Assembly (NCBI GenBank): GCA_963785415.1
Contig: CAWAVB010000001.1
Location: 1,821,125-1,885,124 of the forward strand
Origin: an uncultured Acidimicrobiaceae bacterium
GTDB lineage: Bacteria; Actinomycetota; Acidimicrobiia; Acidimicrobiales; Bog-793
Reading direction: 5' to 3'
DNA: 64,000 nucleotides
Shown here: positions 56,316-64,000 of the stretch, in pieces
Layout: each line of letters starts with the position of its first letter
Position numbering within the stretch: the first letter of the stretch is position 1
Notes under the pieces: model-generated
Told to the model about the DNA's origin: nothing
The model's database searches: none
Seen by the model: the letters and a program-made list of their open reading frames with translations, nothing else
Position numbers and translations under genes: made by a program

Positions 56316-57377
56316 GTGACCGACGCCACCCGCCGCCACGACCCTGAACTGCGTGGATTCGCGAGCGACAACTGCGCGCCCGTCCACCCCGACGTGCTCG
56401 CAGCCATCGAGCGCGCGAACGGAGGACACCAGGACTCCTACGGGGACGACGCCTATACCGCGCACCTCCAACAGATCTTCAAGCGCCACTTCGGCGAGAA
56501 GGCTCAGGCGTACCCGGTGTTCAACGGAACCGGCGCGAACATCGTGAGCCTCCAGGCGATGACGGAACGCTGGGAAGCCGTGATCTGCGCGACCTCGTCG
56601 CATCTCAACACCGACGAGTGCGCCGCAGCCGAACGGGTGGCCGGAATCAAACTCCTCACACTCGACGCACCCGACGGCAAGATCGCCGCCGATTCCCTCG
56701 CCGTCCACGCCTGGGGATGGGACAACCAGCACCGGGCCTCACCGCGGGTCGTCTCGATCACGCAGTCGACGGAGCTCGGCACCTGTTACACGCCCGACGA
56801 GATCGCACTGATCTGCGCGCGGGCTCACGAGTTCGGCATGAAAGTGCACGTGGACGGTGCACGCCTCGCCAACGCCGCGGCGACGCTCAGGGCCGGTTTC
56901 AAAGCGTTCACGACGGACGTCGGAGTCGACGTCATCTCCTTCGGCGGCACGAAGAACGGGCTGCTTTTCGGCGAGGTGATCGTCGTTTTGAACCCCGAGG
57001 CGGTCCGGGGGATGCCGCACCTCCGCAAGGCGGCGATGCAGCTCGCCTCCAAGATGCGCTACGTGTCGGTGCAGTTCGAGGCACTGCTCGCGGGGGATCT
57101 CTGGTTGCGGAACGCGCAGCACGCGAACGCGATGGCACGTCGGCTGGCGGCGCAGGTCGGGCGCCTCCCCGGCGTCGAGGTCGCGCGGCCCGTCGAGGCC
57201 AACTCGGTGTTCGCCAGGTTGCCCGCCGCCACGACCGTCCGGCTCCAGGAGCGGTACCACTTCTACGTCTGGGACCAGGCGACCGGCGAGGTCCGCTGGA
57301 TGACGGCGTTCGACACGACGGAGGCCGACGTCGACGCGTTCGCCCAGGCGGTGGCCGAGGAGCTGCGGTCGGCCTGA
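56316..57377 (+). CDS. ltaE: low-specificity L-threonine aldolase (beta-eliminating lyase family)
   Basis: FASDN, YGDD., NGTGAN and the PLP-Lys in ISFGGTKNG. Confidence 0.85.
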   Translation: MTDATRRHDPELRGFASDNCAPVHPDVLAAIERANGGHQDSYGDDAYTAHLQQIFKRHFGEKAQAYPVFNGTGANIVSLQAMTERWEAVICATSSHLNTDECAAAERVAGIKLLTLDAPDGKIAADSLAVHAWGWDNQHRASPRVVSITQSTELGTCYTPDEIALICARAHEFGMKVHVDGARLANAAATLRAGFKAFTTDVGVDVISFGGTKNGLLFGEVIVVLNPEAVRGMPHLRKAAMQLASKMRYVSVQFEALLAGDLWLRNAQHANAMARRLAAQVGRLPGVEVARPVEANSVFARLPAATTVRLQERYHFYVWDQATGEVRWMTAFDTTEADVDAFAQAVAEELRSA

Positions 57378-57515
57378 CCGGCGGCTGCCGAACACCTCCG
57401 CCGCCGTCGACCGCACCGGACGAGGCATCCTTCGGCGGCCCCCTCCGGGACGGTCCCGCGCCGGCCGAAAGACGTTCGGCGACCGGACGCGGCAAAGTGG
57501 GGGTGGAGGAGCCCG

Positions 57516-57752
57516 ATGGCGAAACGGCGCAAGCGGGAACCGCGGGCAAGGGACGAGGCGGACGACGTCCCGGTCGTCGAGGGACCGGCGGCGTTCGTCC
57601 GCGAGGACGCCGCCGACGTCGCCTCGCGCGACAACGAGGTCGACTTCGACGACGAGTTCGAAGACGAGGTCCCGCCCCTCGACGTCGTAGAAGCGGCTGA
57701 GGTCGACGCCCTGCTCGACGATCCCGAGTCGCTCGACGACGAAGGGACCTGA
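57516..57752 (+). CDS. small protein with a basic head and a strongly acidic tail (hypothetical)
   Basis: MAKRRKREPRARDEADD...DFDDEFEDEVPPLDVVEAAEVDALLDDPESLDDEGT. A strong RBS (ggaggag) lies 5 nt upstream, and third-position G+C is high. Confidence 0.55.
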   Translation: MAKRRKREPRARDEADDVPVVEGPAAFVREDAADVASRDNEVDFDDEFEDEVPPLDVVEAAEVDALLDDPESLDDEGT

Positions 57753-57931
57753 GCAACCCGCGCCGGCTGAGAGAGACCCGCTGCCCTTGACCCGTTCCTC
57801 GGGGCGGGCGATGCGGATGACGCGGTCGTGGACGATCAGGTGGCCAAGGTCGTCTACGGTTCCTCCAGCATGGACGGAGCGCCGCGGGCGGCCAGCATGA
57901 AGGTGTTGCGCGCGCGACCGAGCATCCGGCG

Positions 57932-59824
57932 GTGGTGACCGGTTCGGATCCGGTTCGACCCGCCCGCGGGAGCCGGGTCGGGGTCGCCGTCGAGGTGTTG
58001 TCCGTTCTCGTCTCGCCGGCGTTCTTCTACGCGTTGCTCCGCCTGCGCGGGATGGCACCCTCGCCGCTTCCGGATCCGAGCATGCACACGACGTTCATCG
58101 TCGACCCGCGCGACATCTTTACCCGGTACTCAGCGGCTTTCGCCGCGACCGATCGGATGCGGGAAGGGGCGCGGGTCGGATTCCTCATTCCCGCCAGGGC
58201 GGCGTACCTGCTCTTTGGAGCGGTCGGCGGCTTCTTCACTTTCCGGTACGTTCTCGCGCTCGCCGCGATCGTGCCCCTCTACCTGCTGCTCCGGCGCCTG
58301 TACGGCCGGTGGGCCGGTTACCTCGCGATCGCCGTCGTCATGAGCAATCCCGTCTTCGTGACCGCCTGGGGCACCGATTACCCGGATTCGGCGGCGATCT
58401 CGTACCTCACGGGCGGGATCTGCGCGCTCGCCATGGGGTGCCGGCCGGGACGGCGCGCCTGGTGGCTCGTCGTGAGCGCAGGCCTGTTCACCCTGGCGGT
58501 CTGGTCGCACGGCGCGGCGGTGCCGCTCGTGGCCGCCGCTCTCGTCGCCTACGGCGTCGTGCGCGTCGTGCGCGAGCGCGCGCATCTCCTTTGGGATGCG
58601 GGCGTTCTCTTTGTCACGGCCGTGGCGGTGACCGGCGCGCTCGCCGTCTCGTCGCGGGCGCTGCTCGGACAGCTCAACTTCATCACCCCGACGCTTGCCG
58701 CGGCGCGGTTCCTGAACACCCCCTCCCAGGTGCTCCTCTGGCACTCGAGCAACTGGAGGTGGGTCCTATACGACGTGTATCTGCTCGTCCCCCCGGCGGT
58801 GCTCGTCGCGTTCATCATCGTGTTCGCCCGCCGCCCGAGACAGGTCGGCACGGCTCAGCTCTTCTTCGGTCTCGCCGGCGCCCTGGGTTTCGGTGCCGCC
58901 GCGCTTCTGCAATTCGTCGGCACGGTGTGGACTCTCGAGTACGCCTTCTTCTCCTCGGTGCTCTGGTCGGTGGCCGTCGTTCTGCTCGCTCTGACCCTTG
59001 CCGAGCTGGCCAGACCGTCGCTCGCGCCCGGTGTCGTGCGGGGACGTCCGCGGGATCGCGCGCGATCGTCCGGCGCGTTGGCGAGAATTCCCCTCGTCGC
59101 AGGGCAGGCCCTTCCCGCGGTGCTCGTCGTGGCGGTCGCGCTCGCCTACGAGACGGACCCCCACGTTCCGGCGATGACATTCGGCTCGTGGGGCTGGGTC
59201 GTGGCGGTGATCGTTGTTGCTGTCGCGCTCGCCTGGCGCTTGAATGCCCTGTCCGCGGCACGCCGGGGGATCCGGCGGGGGACCGAGGCGCTGCGGCGGC
59301 AGGTGGTTCCGCTCGCGGCGCTCGTTGTGGTCGCGGGTGCCTGCCTGATCCTCACGGTCGCCCCGCGCGCCGCCCACCCGCCCATCCCCGGCACGGTGGC
59401 GAACGACCCCCCGCCCGCCTACGCACGAGCGCTCGGGGGCAGCGACACGGCGTACCTCGACGAGTACCGGGTGGTCACCGAGCTCCCCGGCTTCGTCGGC
59501 CACGCCGCCTACGCCGGTGAGCAGCTCCTGATGTGGTACCCACACGACCAGCTCGGCGCGCTGACGTCGCCGATCGGCATCTTCCACGCTGGGTTCGATT
59601 CGCTCCCCGGCACCTTCCCGGCGCTTGAAGGCGACGCCATGGGCGAGATCGAGCACCGGCACGCCGCGCAGATCCTTCTCATGAGCGTCACGGGAAACGG
59701 CTTCGCCCAGGCGGTGCATTCTCTGGCTCAGTTCGAACCGCATGTCGCCAGGCGCGCCGTCCTGGCTGACGGCGGGGTGCGCCTGCACCTCTGGCTTGTC
59801 GACCTCGGAAGCTACTTGCGCTGA
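57932..59824 (+). CDS. large polytopic membrane protein (possible GT-C-type glycosyl/arabinosyl-transferase-like)
   Basis: About 12 or more hydrophobic helices precede a ~150-aa C-terminal soluble domain. The start (GTG 57932) is uncertain. No named family recognised. Confidence 0.65.
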   Translation: MVTGSDPVRPARGSRVGVAVEVLSVLVSPAFFYALLRLRGMAPSPLPDPSMHTTFIVDPRDIFTRYSAAFAATDRMREGARVGFLIPARAAYLLFGAVGGFFTFRYVLALAAIVPLYLLLRRLYGRWAGYLAIAVVMSNPVFVTAWGTDYPDSAAISYLTGGICALAMGCRPGRRAWWLVVSAGLFTLAVWSHGAAVPLVAAALVAYGVVRVVRERAHLLWDAGVLFVTAVAVTGALAVSSRALLGQLNFITPTLAAARFLNTPSQVLLWHSSNWRWVLYDVYLLVPPAVLVAFIIVFARRPRQVGTAQLFFGLAGALGFGAAALLQFVGTVWTLEYAFFSSVLWSVAVVLLALTLAELARPSLAPGVVRGRPRDRARSSGALARIPLVAGQALPAVLVVAVALAYETDPHVPAMTFGSWGWVVAVIVVAVALAWRLNALSAARRGIRRGTEALRRQVVPLAALVVVAGACLILTVAPRAAHPPIPGTVANDPPPAYARALGGSDTAYLDEYRVVTELPGFVGHAAYAGEQLLMWYPHDQLGALTSPIGIFHAGFDSLPGTFPALEGDAMGEIEHRHAAQILLMSVTGNGFAQAVHSLAQFEPHVARRAVLADGGVRLHLWLVDLGSYLR

Positions 59825-59966
59825 CGATCCCGCTGGTCATCCGAGAGCCTGAGCGCCCGAGTCATCGCAGCGTGTCGCACCTCTCCGTTAGCGAACCGTG
59901 AGCAACGGATGCGATAAGGCTCGGACGTCCACCTGCCGTCTCGCGCACCTGCGGTTCGAGAGCTCG

Positions 59967-60048
59967 TGCGGGCGAGAGGACTCGAACCTCCAACCCCGAA
60001 GGGACCGGGACCTAAACCCGGCGCGTATGCCAGTTTCGCCACACCCGC
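59967..60048 (-). tRNA. tRNA-Leu (anticodon UAG)
   Basis: Reverse complement GCGGGTG TG GCG AAACTGGCATA CGC G CCGGG TTTAGGT CCCGG TCCCTTCGGGGTT GGAGG TTCGAGT CCTCT CGCCCGC A. The long variable arm is typical of class II tRNAs. Confidence 0.92.
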
Positions 60049-60140
60049 ATGGGGCAACGGGCACCCAAGCAAGCCGCTCAGTGCAGGAGTTTACCGACGC
60101 TTGGGTCGCGGCTGGGGCGTGCTCGGGTTAGCCTCGGACC

Positions 60141-60764
60141 ATGACTGAAGAGCTCTCCGTGCCGTCCGGCGGCGTCAAGGCGTCGCTCAACCTGACCGCG
60201 GACCCGTCGGCAGACGTCTATCAGCGCCTGCTACGGGAGCGGATCGTCTTCCTGGGGACCCAGGTCGACCAGAACTCGGCGAATGCCATCTGTGCGCAGT
60301 TGCTGCTGCTCGAGGCCGAGGATCCAGACCGGGACATCTCGGTGTACATCAACTCGCCCGGCGGATCGGTGACCGACGGACTCGCGATCTACGACACGAT
60401 TCAGTATGTCCGGTGCGACGTCTCGACGATCTGCCTCGGGCTCGCCGCCTCGATGGGTCAGTTCCTCCTGTGCGCCGGCACCCCTGGCAAGCGGTACGCA
60501 CTGCCGCACGCCCGGATCCTGATGCACCAGCCGTCGGGTCAGATGCAGGGCCAGGCGGCCGACATCGCGATCCAGGCGGAACAGATCGTCTACCTTAAGC
60601 GGATGATGGCCGAGCGCATCGCGTTCCACACGGGCCAGACCGTCGAGCGCATCGAGGCCGACTCGGACCGCGATCGTTGGTTCACCGCAGACGAAGCCCG
60701 TGAGTACGGCTTCATCGACAAGGTCATCGACCGGTCGAGCGCACACGCGGGCAAGCACCACTGA
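60141..60764 (+). CDS. clpP: second Clp protease proteolytic subunit paralog
   Basis: INSPGGS is present, with the Ser in GLAASMG, His in HARILMHQP and Asp in DSDRDRWF. It has a ~25-aa N-terminal extension relative to the clpP at 13307. Confidence 0.93.
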   Translation: MTEELSVPSGGVKASLNLTADPSADVYQRLLRERIVFLGTQVDQNSANAICAQLLLLEAEDPDRDISVYINSPGGSVTDGLAIYDTIQYVRCDVSTICLGLAASMGQFLLCAGTPGKRYALPHARILMHQPSGQMQGQAADIAIQAEQIVYLKRMMAERIAFHTGQTVERIEADSDRDRWFTADEAREYGFIDKVIDRSSAHAGKHH

Positions 60765-60842
60765 TCGGGCGGCGTTCGGTCGGTCGCCCAGCCGCCGAAC
60801 GTCTGGTGAGTCTCTCCGACCGGCGCTACGGGGTGATTGGTC

Positions 60843-62480
60843 TCAGACGGACCTTCGCGAGAATCCGCAGGTCGCCACGCCGTCGTGGGTGGCGTTCTGA
60901 TGGAACATCGGCCACGCCGGAGGCACCGTCGGCGGATTCGGAATTTCGTACGACACGAGCCTGCCCGTGTACTTGAACGCCGCGGGACCGCCGCAGGCTT
61001 CGATCACGCTCCAGCCGGTACTGGAGCCCGTTCCGAGGACGTCGGCGACCGCGACGGCGTTGAAGACTCGGCAGCCGGGGTCGATCGCCTCGCCGGCGAA
61101 AGACGTCCCGAACAGGTACGCCCCCGTCTGCCCGCTGATCGCGTAGAGGCCCGCGCCCGAACCGATGAGAACGTCGTTCGACGTTCCGGCCTGCAACGGG
61201 ACGAGAACCGGTGACGAGAAAGTGGTCGGGCCGCGCAACTCATCAGTCCAGAGCCGCCGACCGCCGCCGTTCCAGGCCGTCACCATGGACGTGTTCGATC
61301 CGAGACAGCTCGCATTGGTGACGCCGGTGCACACCCACGAGGTCTCGACGACCGCCGGCGTGCCGGTGCTGTTGATGATCCCGATCGCCGGGGAACCGAG
61401 CGACGGTCCGGTCGTCTTCACGGGCCAGCCGCGTACCGGTGCGCCGTTGTCGGCGTAGTAGGCGAAGATCCTGTAGGTACCCGAGGGGAAGGGCTGCCAG
61501 TAGAAACCGGTTCCGACGACGACCACGGCCCGTCCTGTCGCGTTAATCACCCCGACCGCGGGGCTCGACCAGATGGTCTGGCTCTCGCAGTGCTGCCAAA
61601 CGATCGTCGGCGCCGTGCCGACGTAGCGGTAATCGGTGATCCAGCCACCTCGGCAACCGTGCCAACCATGAGCGTCGCCGCCGATGAAGATGCTGTCGCC
61701 GATCGTTCCGGGGACCCGGTAGAGCGCCGGAGACGACCAGATCGTGTCGGTGTTGTTGATCGGGAATCCAGGCAGGAGCCTCCCGGCGGGCGTGAGCGCG
61801 TAGATGTGGTGGTCCCACGATCCGAAGACGATGTCCTGTTGCCCGCTTGCCGTGAGGCTGCCGACGGCGGGCGTGGAAATGACGCCGACGGCGGTACCGG
61901 GCGAGCTGTGAACGTGGAAGATGAATCGGGTCGCCCCGCTGAGCTGGAAGGCCTCGACCTCGCGCGCCGTGTTGTTGACCCACGTCGAGGCGGCACCGAC
62001 GATGATCGATGGCGGCTTGTTCGGTCCGTCGAGGAAGGCGATCGTGGGGCTCCCCTCGATGGCGACGCAGGCTCCAGAGGGCGCGGCGAGCTTCTCCGGC
62101 CAACCCGGGAGTTCCTCACCGGTCGCGGCGTCAAAGACGTTCAGCCTGCCGCTCTCGTCGCCGACTGCGATGATCGTCATGCCGTGCCAGTCCGCGACGG
62201 TCGGCGAACTCTGGGCCACCGCACCCGGCAGGCACGTGACCCATGAGGCTTTGGGCCAGCTGATGCCGTGACCCTGGAGGACGGAACAGCTGGACTGACG
62301 CGGTGATACCGCGCCGGCAGGTGCCGTCGCGGACGTGCCGATGCCGGTCGTCGTGGCGAACGCGACAAGCGCGACCACGGTGAGGAGTCGGACGGAGCGG
62401 AACCATTTGTGCCGAAGGCCGCAGAATCGACTGAGGGCGGACGGGCTCGCGAGCCGAACCATGACGCGGACGCTAGCCAT
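60843..62480 (-). CDS. secreted beta-propeller repeat protein (FG-GAP/PQQ-like repeats)
   Basis: Signal LLTVVALVAFATTTGIGTSA. Repeats of the type SSPAVG....G....VV.GS/W..H.YAL recur, and the C-terminal motif is PAWPMFHQNATHDG. The start is uncertain (62480, 62462 or 62537). Confidence 0.78.
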   Translation of the reverse strand: MASVRVMVRLASPSALSRFCGLRHKWFRSVRLLTVVALVAFATTTGIGTSATAPAGAVSPRQSSCSVLQGHGISWPKASWVTCLPGAVAQSSPTVADWHGMTIIAVGDESGRLNVFDAATGEELPGWPEKLAAPSGACVAIEGSPTIAFLDGPNKPPSIIVGAASTWVNNTAREVEAFQLSGATRFIFHVHSSPGTAVGVISTPAVGSLTASGQQDIVFGSWDHHIYALTPAGRLLPGFPINNTDTIWSSPALYRVPGTIGDSIFIGGDAHGWHGCRGGWITDYRYVGTAPTIVWQHCESQTIWSSPAVGVINATGRAVVVVGTGFYWQPFPSGTYRIFAYYADNGAPVRGWPVKTTGPSLGSPAIGIINSTGTPAVVETSWVCTGVTNASCLGSNTSMVTAWNGGGRRLWTDELRGPTTFSSPVLVPLQAGTSNDVLIGSGAGLYAISGQTGAYLFGTSFAGEAIDPGCRVFNAVAVADVLGTGSSTGWSVIEACGGPAAFKYTGRLVSYEIPNPPTVPPAWPMFHQNATHDGVATCGFSRRSV

Positions 62481-62791
62481 CCCGGTCGAGTTCATATGGG
62501 GCCTTTTGTCACCAAAACGTGCCATCGTTTGGTCCATTTGTGCGGGGACCCCGGGGAAGGGATCATCTGGCCCGGCCCGAACGACGAGTTCGCGGCCACA
62601 ATCCGCCTACGCTACGCCGCGCATCGAATCCAGCGCCGTCGCGAAGATGCCGGTGTTGCCGTCTCGTCGAGCGGCCCACGTGCCCTTCGGCCGGGCATGT
62701 CTGAGTCGTACCCGGTTCGCAGCCGGACATCGCGCGGCGGTGTGACACGGGTTCTCCAGCGACAGGCTCGGGGTTCCAGGAAACCTGGGCT

Positions 62792-62875
62792 TCAGGTCGC
62801 GACCCCGTCGGGCGCCGCGTTCTCGTGGAACATCGGCCACGCCGGTTGCTCCGACGGGCACACGGGAAGCGACAC
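62792..62875 (-). pseudogene. 3'-terminal relic of a paralog of the beta-propeller gene
   Basis: The minus-strand frame reads VSLPVCPSEQPAWPMFHENAAPDGVAT*, compared with VSYEIPNPPTVPPAWPMFHQNATHDGVAT at the end of 60843..62480. An in-frame stop lies 16 codons upstream. The DNA at 62793..62845 matches 60868..60920 at 45 of 53 nt, by my own alignment. Confidence 0.6.
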
Positions 62876-63018
62876 CGACGCGGATCGACCGAGCGGGCGC
62901 GATCGGTCATTACGCGAAGCTACTCACACCACCGGTGTCCGGTGGGGATTGTTCGTCGCCTACGCTTCTCCTCGTCGGGTGCGGTTGTGCAGGGAGTTCA
63001 GGGAAGAAGGCGGCCGGC

Positions 63019-64000
63019 ATGGCGCGAAAGACGAGGAAGCGGGTGCGGCTCGCCTTCGTCACGCCAAGGTACGGTCCCGGCGTCGTAGGAGGCTCCGAGG
63101 CCGTGATGGCCGAGGCGGCACGCGGCTTCGTTCGTCGCGGCTACGAGGTCGAGATCCTCACGACCTGCGCCCGGTCGCATTTCAGCTGGGCGAACGAGTT
63201 CGACGACGGGACCTCGGAGGATGCGGGGGTGGTCATCCGGCGTTTCCCGACGGTCACGTCGCGCCGTCGTCTTGTCGCTTCCGGGCTCGAACAACGTGTC
63301 CAACGCGGCGAGCGGTTAGGCGCCGCGGCGGAGATCGCCTGGGTGAACAGTCGGTTCCGCGTGCCCGAGTTGTACCTCCACCTGCTCGCCGAGGCGCGGC
63401 GCTACGACGCCATCGTGTTGTCTCCGTACCTGTTCTGGTCGACGATCTACGGCGCCCAGGTCGCCCCCGAGCGCTCGATCGTGATGCCGTGCCTGCACGA
63501 CGAGCCGTACGCGCGGCTTTCGGTCGTTCGCTCCACGCTCGCCTCGGTCGCGGCGGTCTGGTTCCTCTCCGAGCCCGAGCACCTGCTCGCCCACCGCATC
63601 GCGCCCGACCTGCCGCCGCGCCACGGCGTCGTCGGCGCGGCCGTCGAGGTCCCCGATTCCTACGACCCGGCCGGGTTCCGGGAGCGTCACGGCCTGCGGC
63701 GGCCCTTCGTCCTCTTCGCCGGCCGGCGCGAGGGCGGCAAGGGCTGGCGTGAGCTCCTCGCGGCCTACGCCGCCGCCGTCGTCGGCAACGACGCCCCCTT
63801 CGACCTCGTGACGGTCGGCGTCGGCGCCCCCGAGATCCCCGAGGGGCTCACCGGACGGGTGATCGACCTCGGCTACCTCGACGAGGACGAGATGCCGAAC
63901 GCCTTCGCCGCGGCCGAGGCGCTCGTCCAGCCGAGCGCAAACGAGAGCTTCTCGCGCACGTTGATGGAAGCGTGGCTCGCCGGGACCCCCGTCATCGCCT
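63019..64000 (+). CDS. GT-B glycosyltransferase (GT4-like), 5' part; runs off the window
   Basis: This ORF is absent from the supplied track because it has no stop in the window. My translation from ATG 63019 is MARKTRKRVRLAFVTPRYGPGVVGGSEAVMAEAARGFVRRGYEVEILTT ... PFVLFAGRREGGKGW ... EALVQPSANESFSRTLMEAWLAGTPVIA (E-x7-E-type motif). Confidence 0.8.
   Translation, partial: MARKTRKRVRLAFVTPRYGPGVVGGSEAVMAEAARGFVRRGYEVEILTTCARSHFSWANEFDDGTSEDAGVVIRRFPTVTSRRRLVASGLEQRVQRGERLGAAAEIAWVNSRFRVPELYLHLLAEARRYDAIVLSPYLFWSTIYGAQVAPERSIVMPCLHDEPYARLSVVRSTLASVAAVWFLSEPEHLLAHRIAPDLPPRHGVVGAAVEVPDSYDPAGFRERHGLRRPFVLFAGRREGGKGWRELLAAYAAAVVGNDAPFDLVTVGVGAPEIPEGLTGRVIDLGYLDEDEMPNAFAAAEALVQPSANESFSRTLMEAWLAGTPVIA

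Noticed and set aside
62409-63752. 447-aa plus-strand ORF spanning the intergenic zone and the start of the glycosyltransferase gene.
   Set aside because: It is Arg-rich and motif-free. A different frame starting at ATG 63019 gives a clean GT-B/GT4-like protein with high third-position G+C.

Overview
This is a high-G+C, densely coding chromosomal segment. Its gene order matches well-known Actinomycetota core blocks: tRNA-Pro/tig/clpP/clpX/folC/ndk; mreBCD-PBP2; rne/rplU/rpmA/obg/proB/proA ... nadD/rsfS; mtrA/mtrB/lpqB-like; and xerC/rpsB/tsf/pyrH/frr/cdsA/dxr/rip1(rseP)/ispG. I support about 60 CDS, 3 tRNAs (Gly-UCC, Pro-UGG, Leu-UAG), 3 gene remnants, 2 coding tandem/low-complexity repeat tracts and a few hairpins. 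There is no rRNA, CRISPR array or intact mobile element. Most of the window is housekeeping. Five less ordinary parts stand out. (1) A visibly lower-G+C islet at 1..~3900 carries TasA/camelysin-like secreted protein(s), a SipW-type signal peptidase with a long acidic octapeptide-repeat N-terminus, and a truncated integrase abutting a frameshifted hpt fragment. (2) A 700-aa secreted protein combines an uninterrupted 40-Thr run, six ~42-aa GYW..NG.VY.FGD repeats and a GH25/DUF1906-like C-terminal domain; its start shares one base with the stop of a class II DAHP synthase. (3) A DUF929(CPYC)-VKOR pair. (4) An Mre11/Rad50-like pair whose ATPase has a central hydrophobic hairpin. (5) A beta-propeller gene with a 3' relic of a lost paralog nearby. 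All functional calls rest on by-eye motif recognition and synteny; no database search was run. Many long Arg/Pro-rich ORFs in the supplied track are antisense or out-of-frame artefacts of the high G+C content and were rejected.
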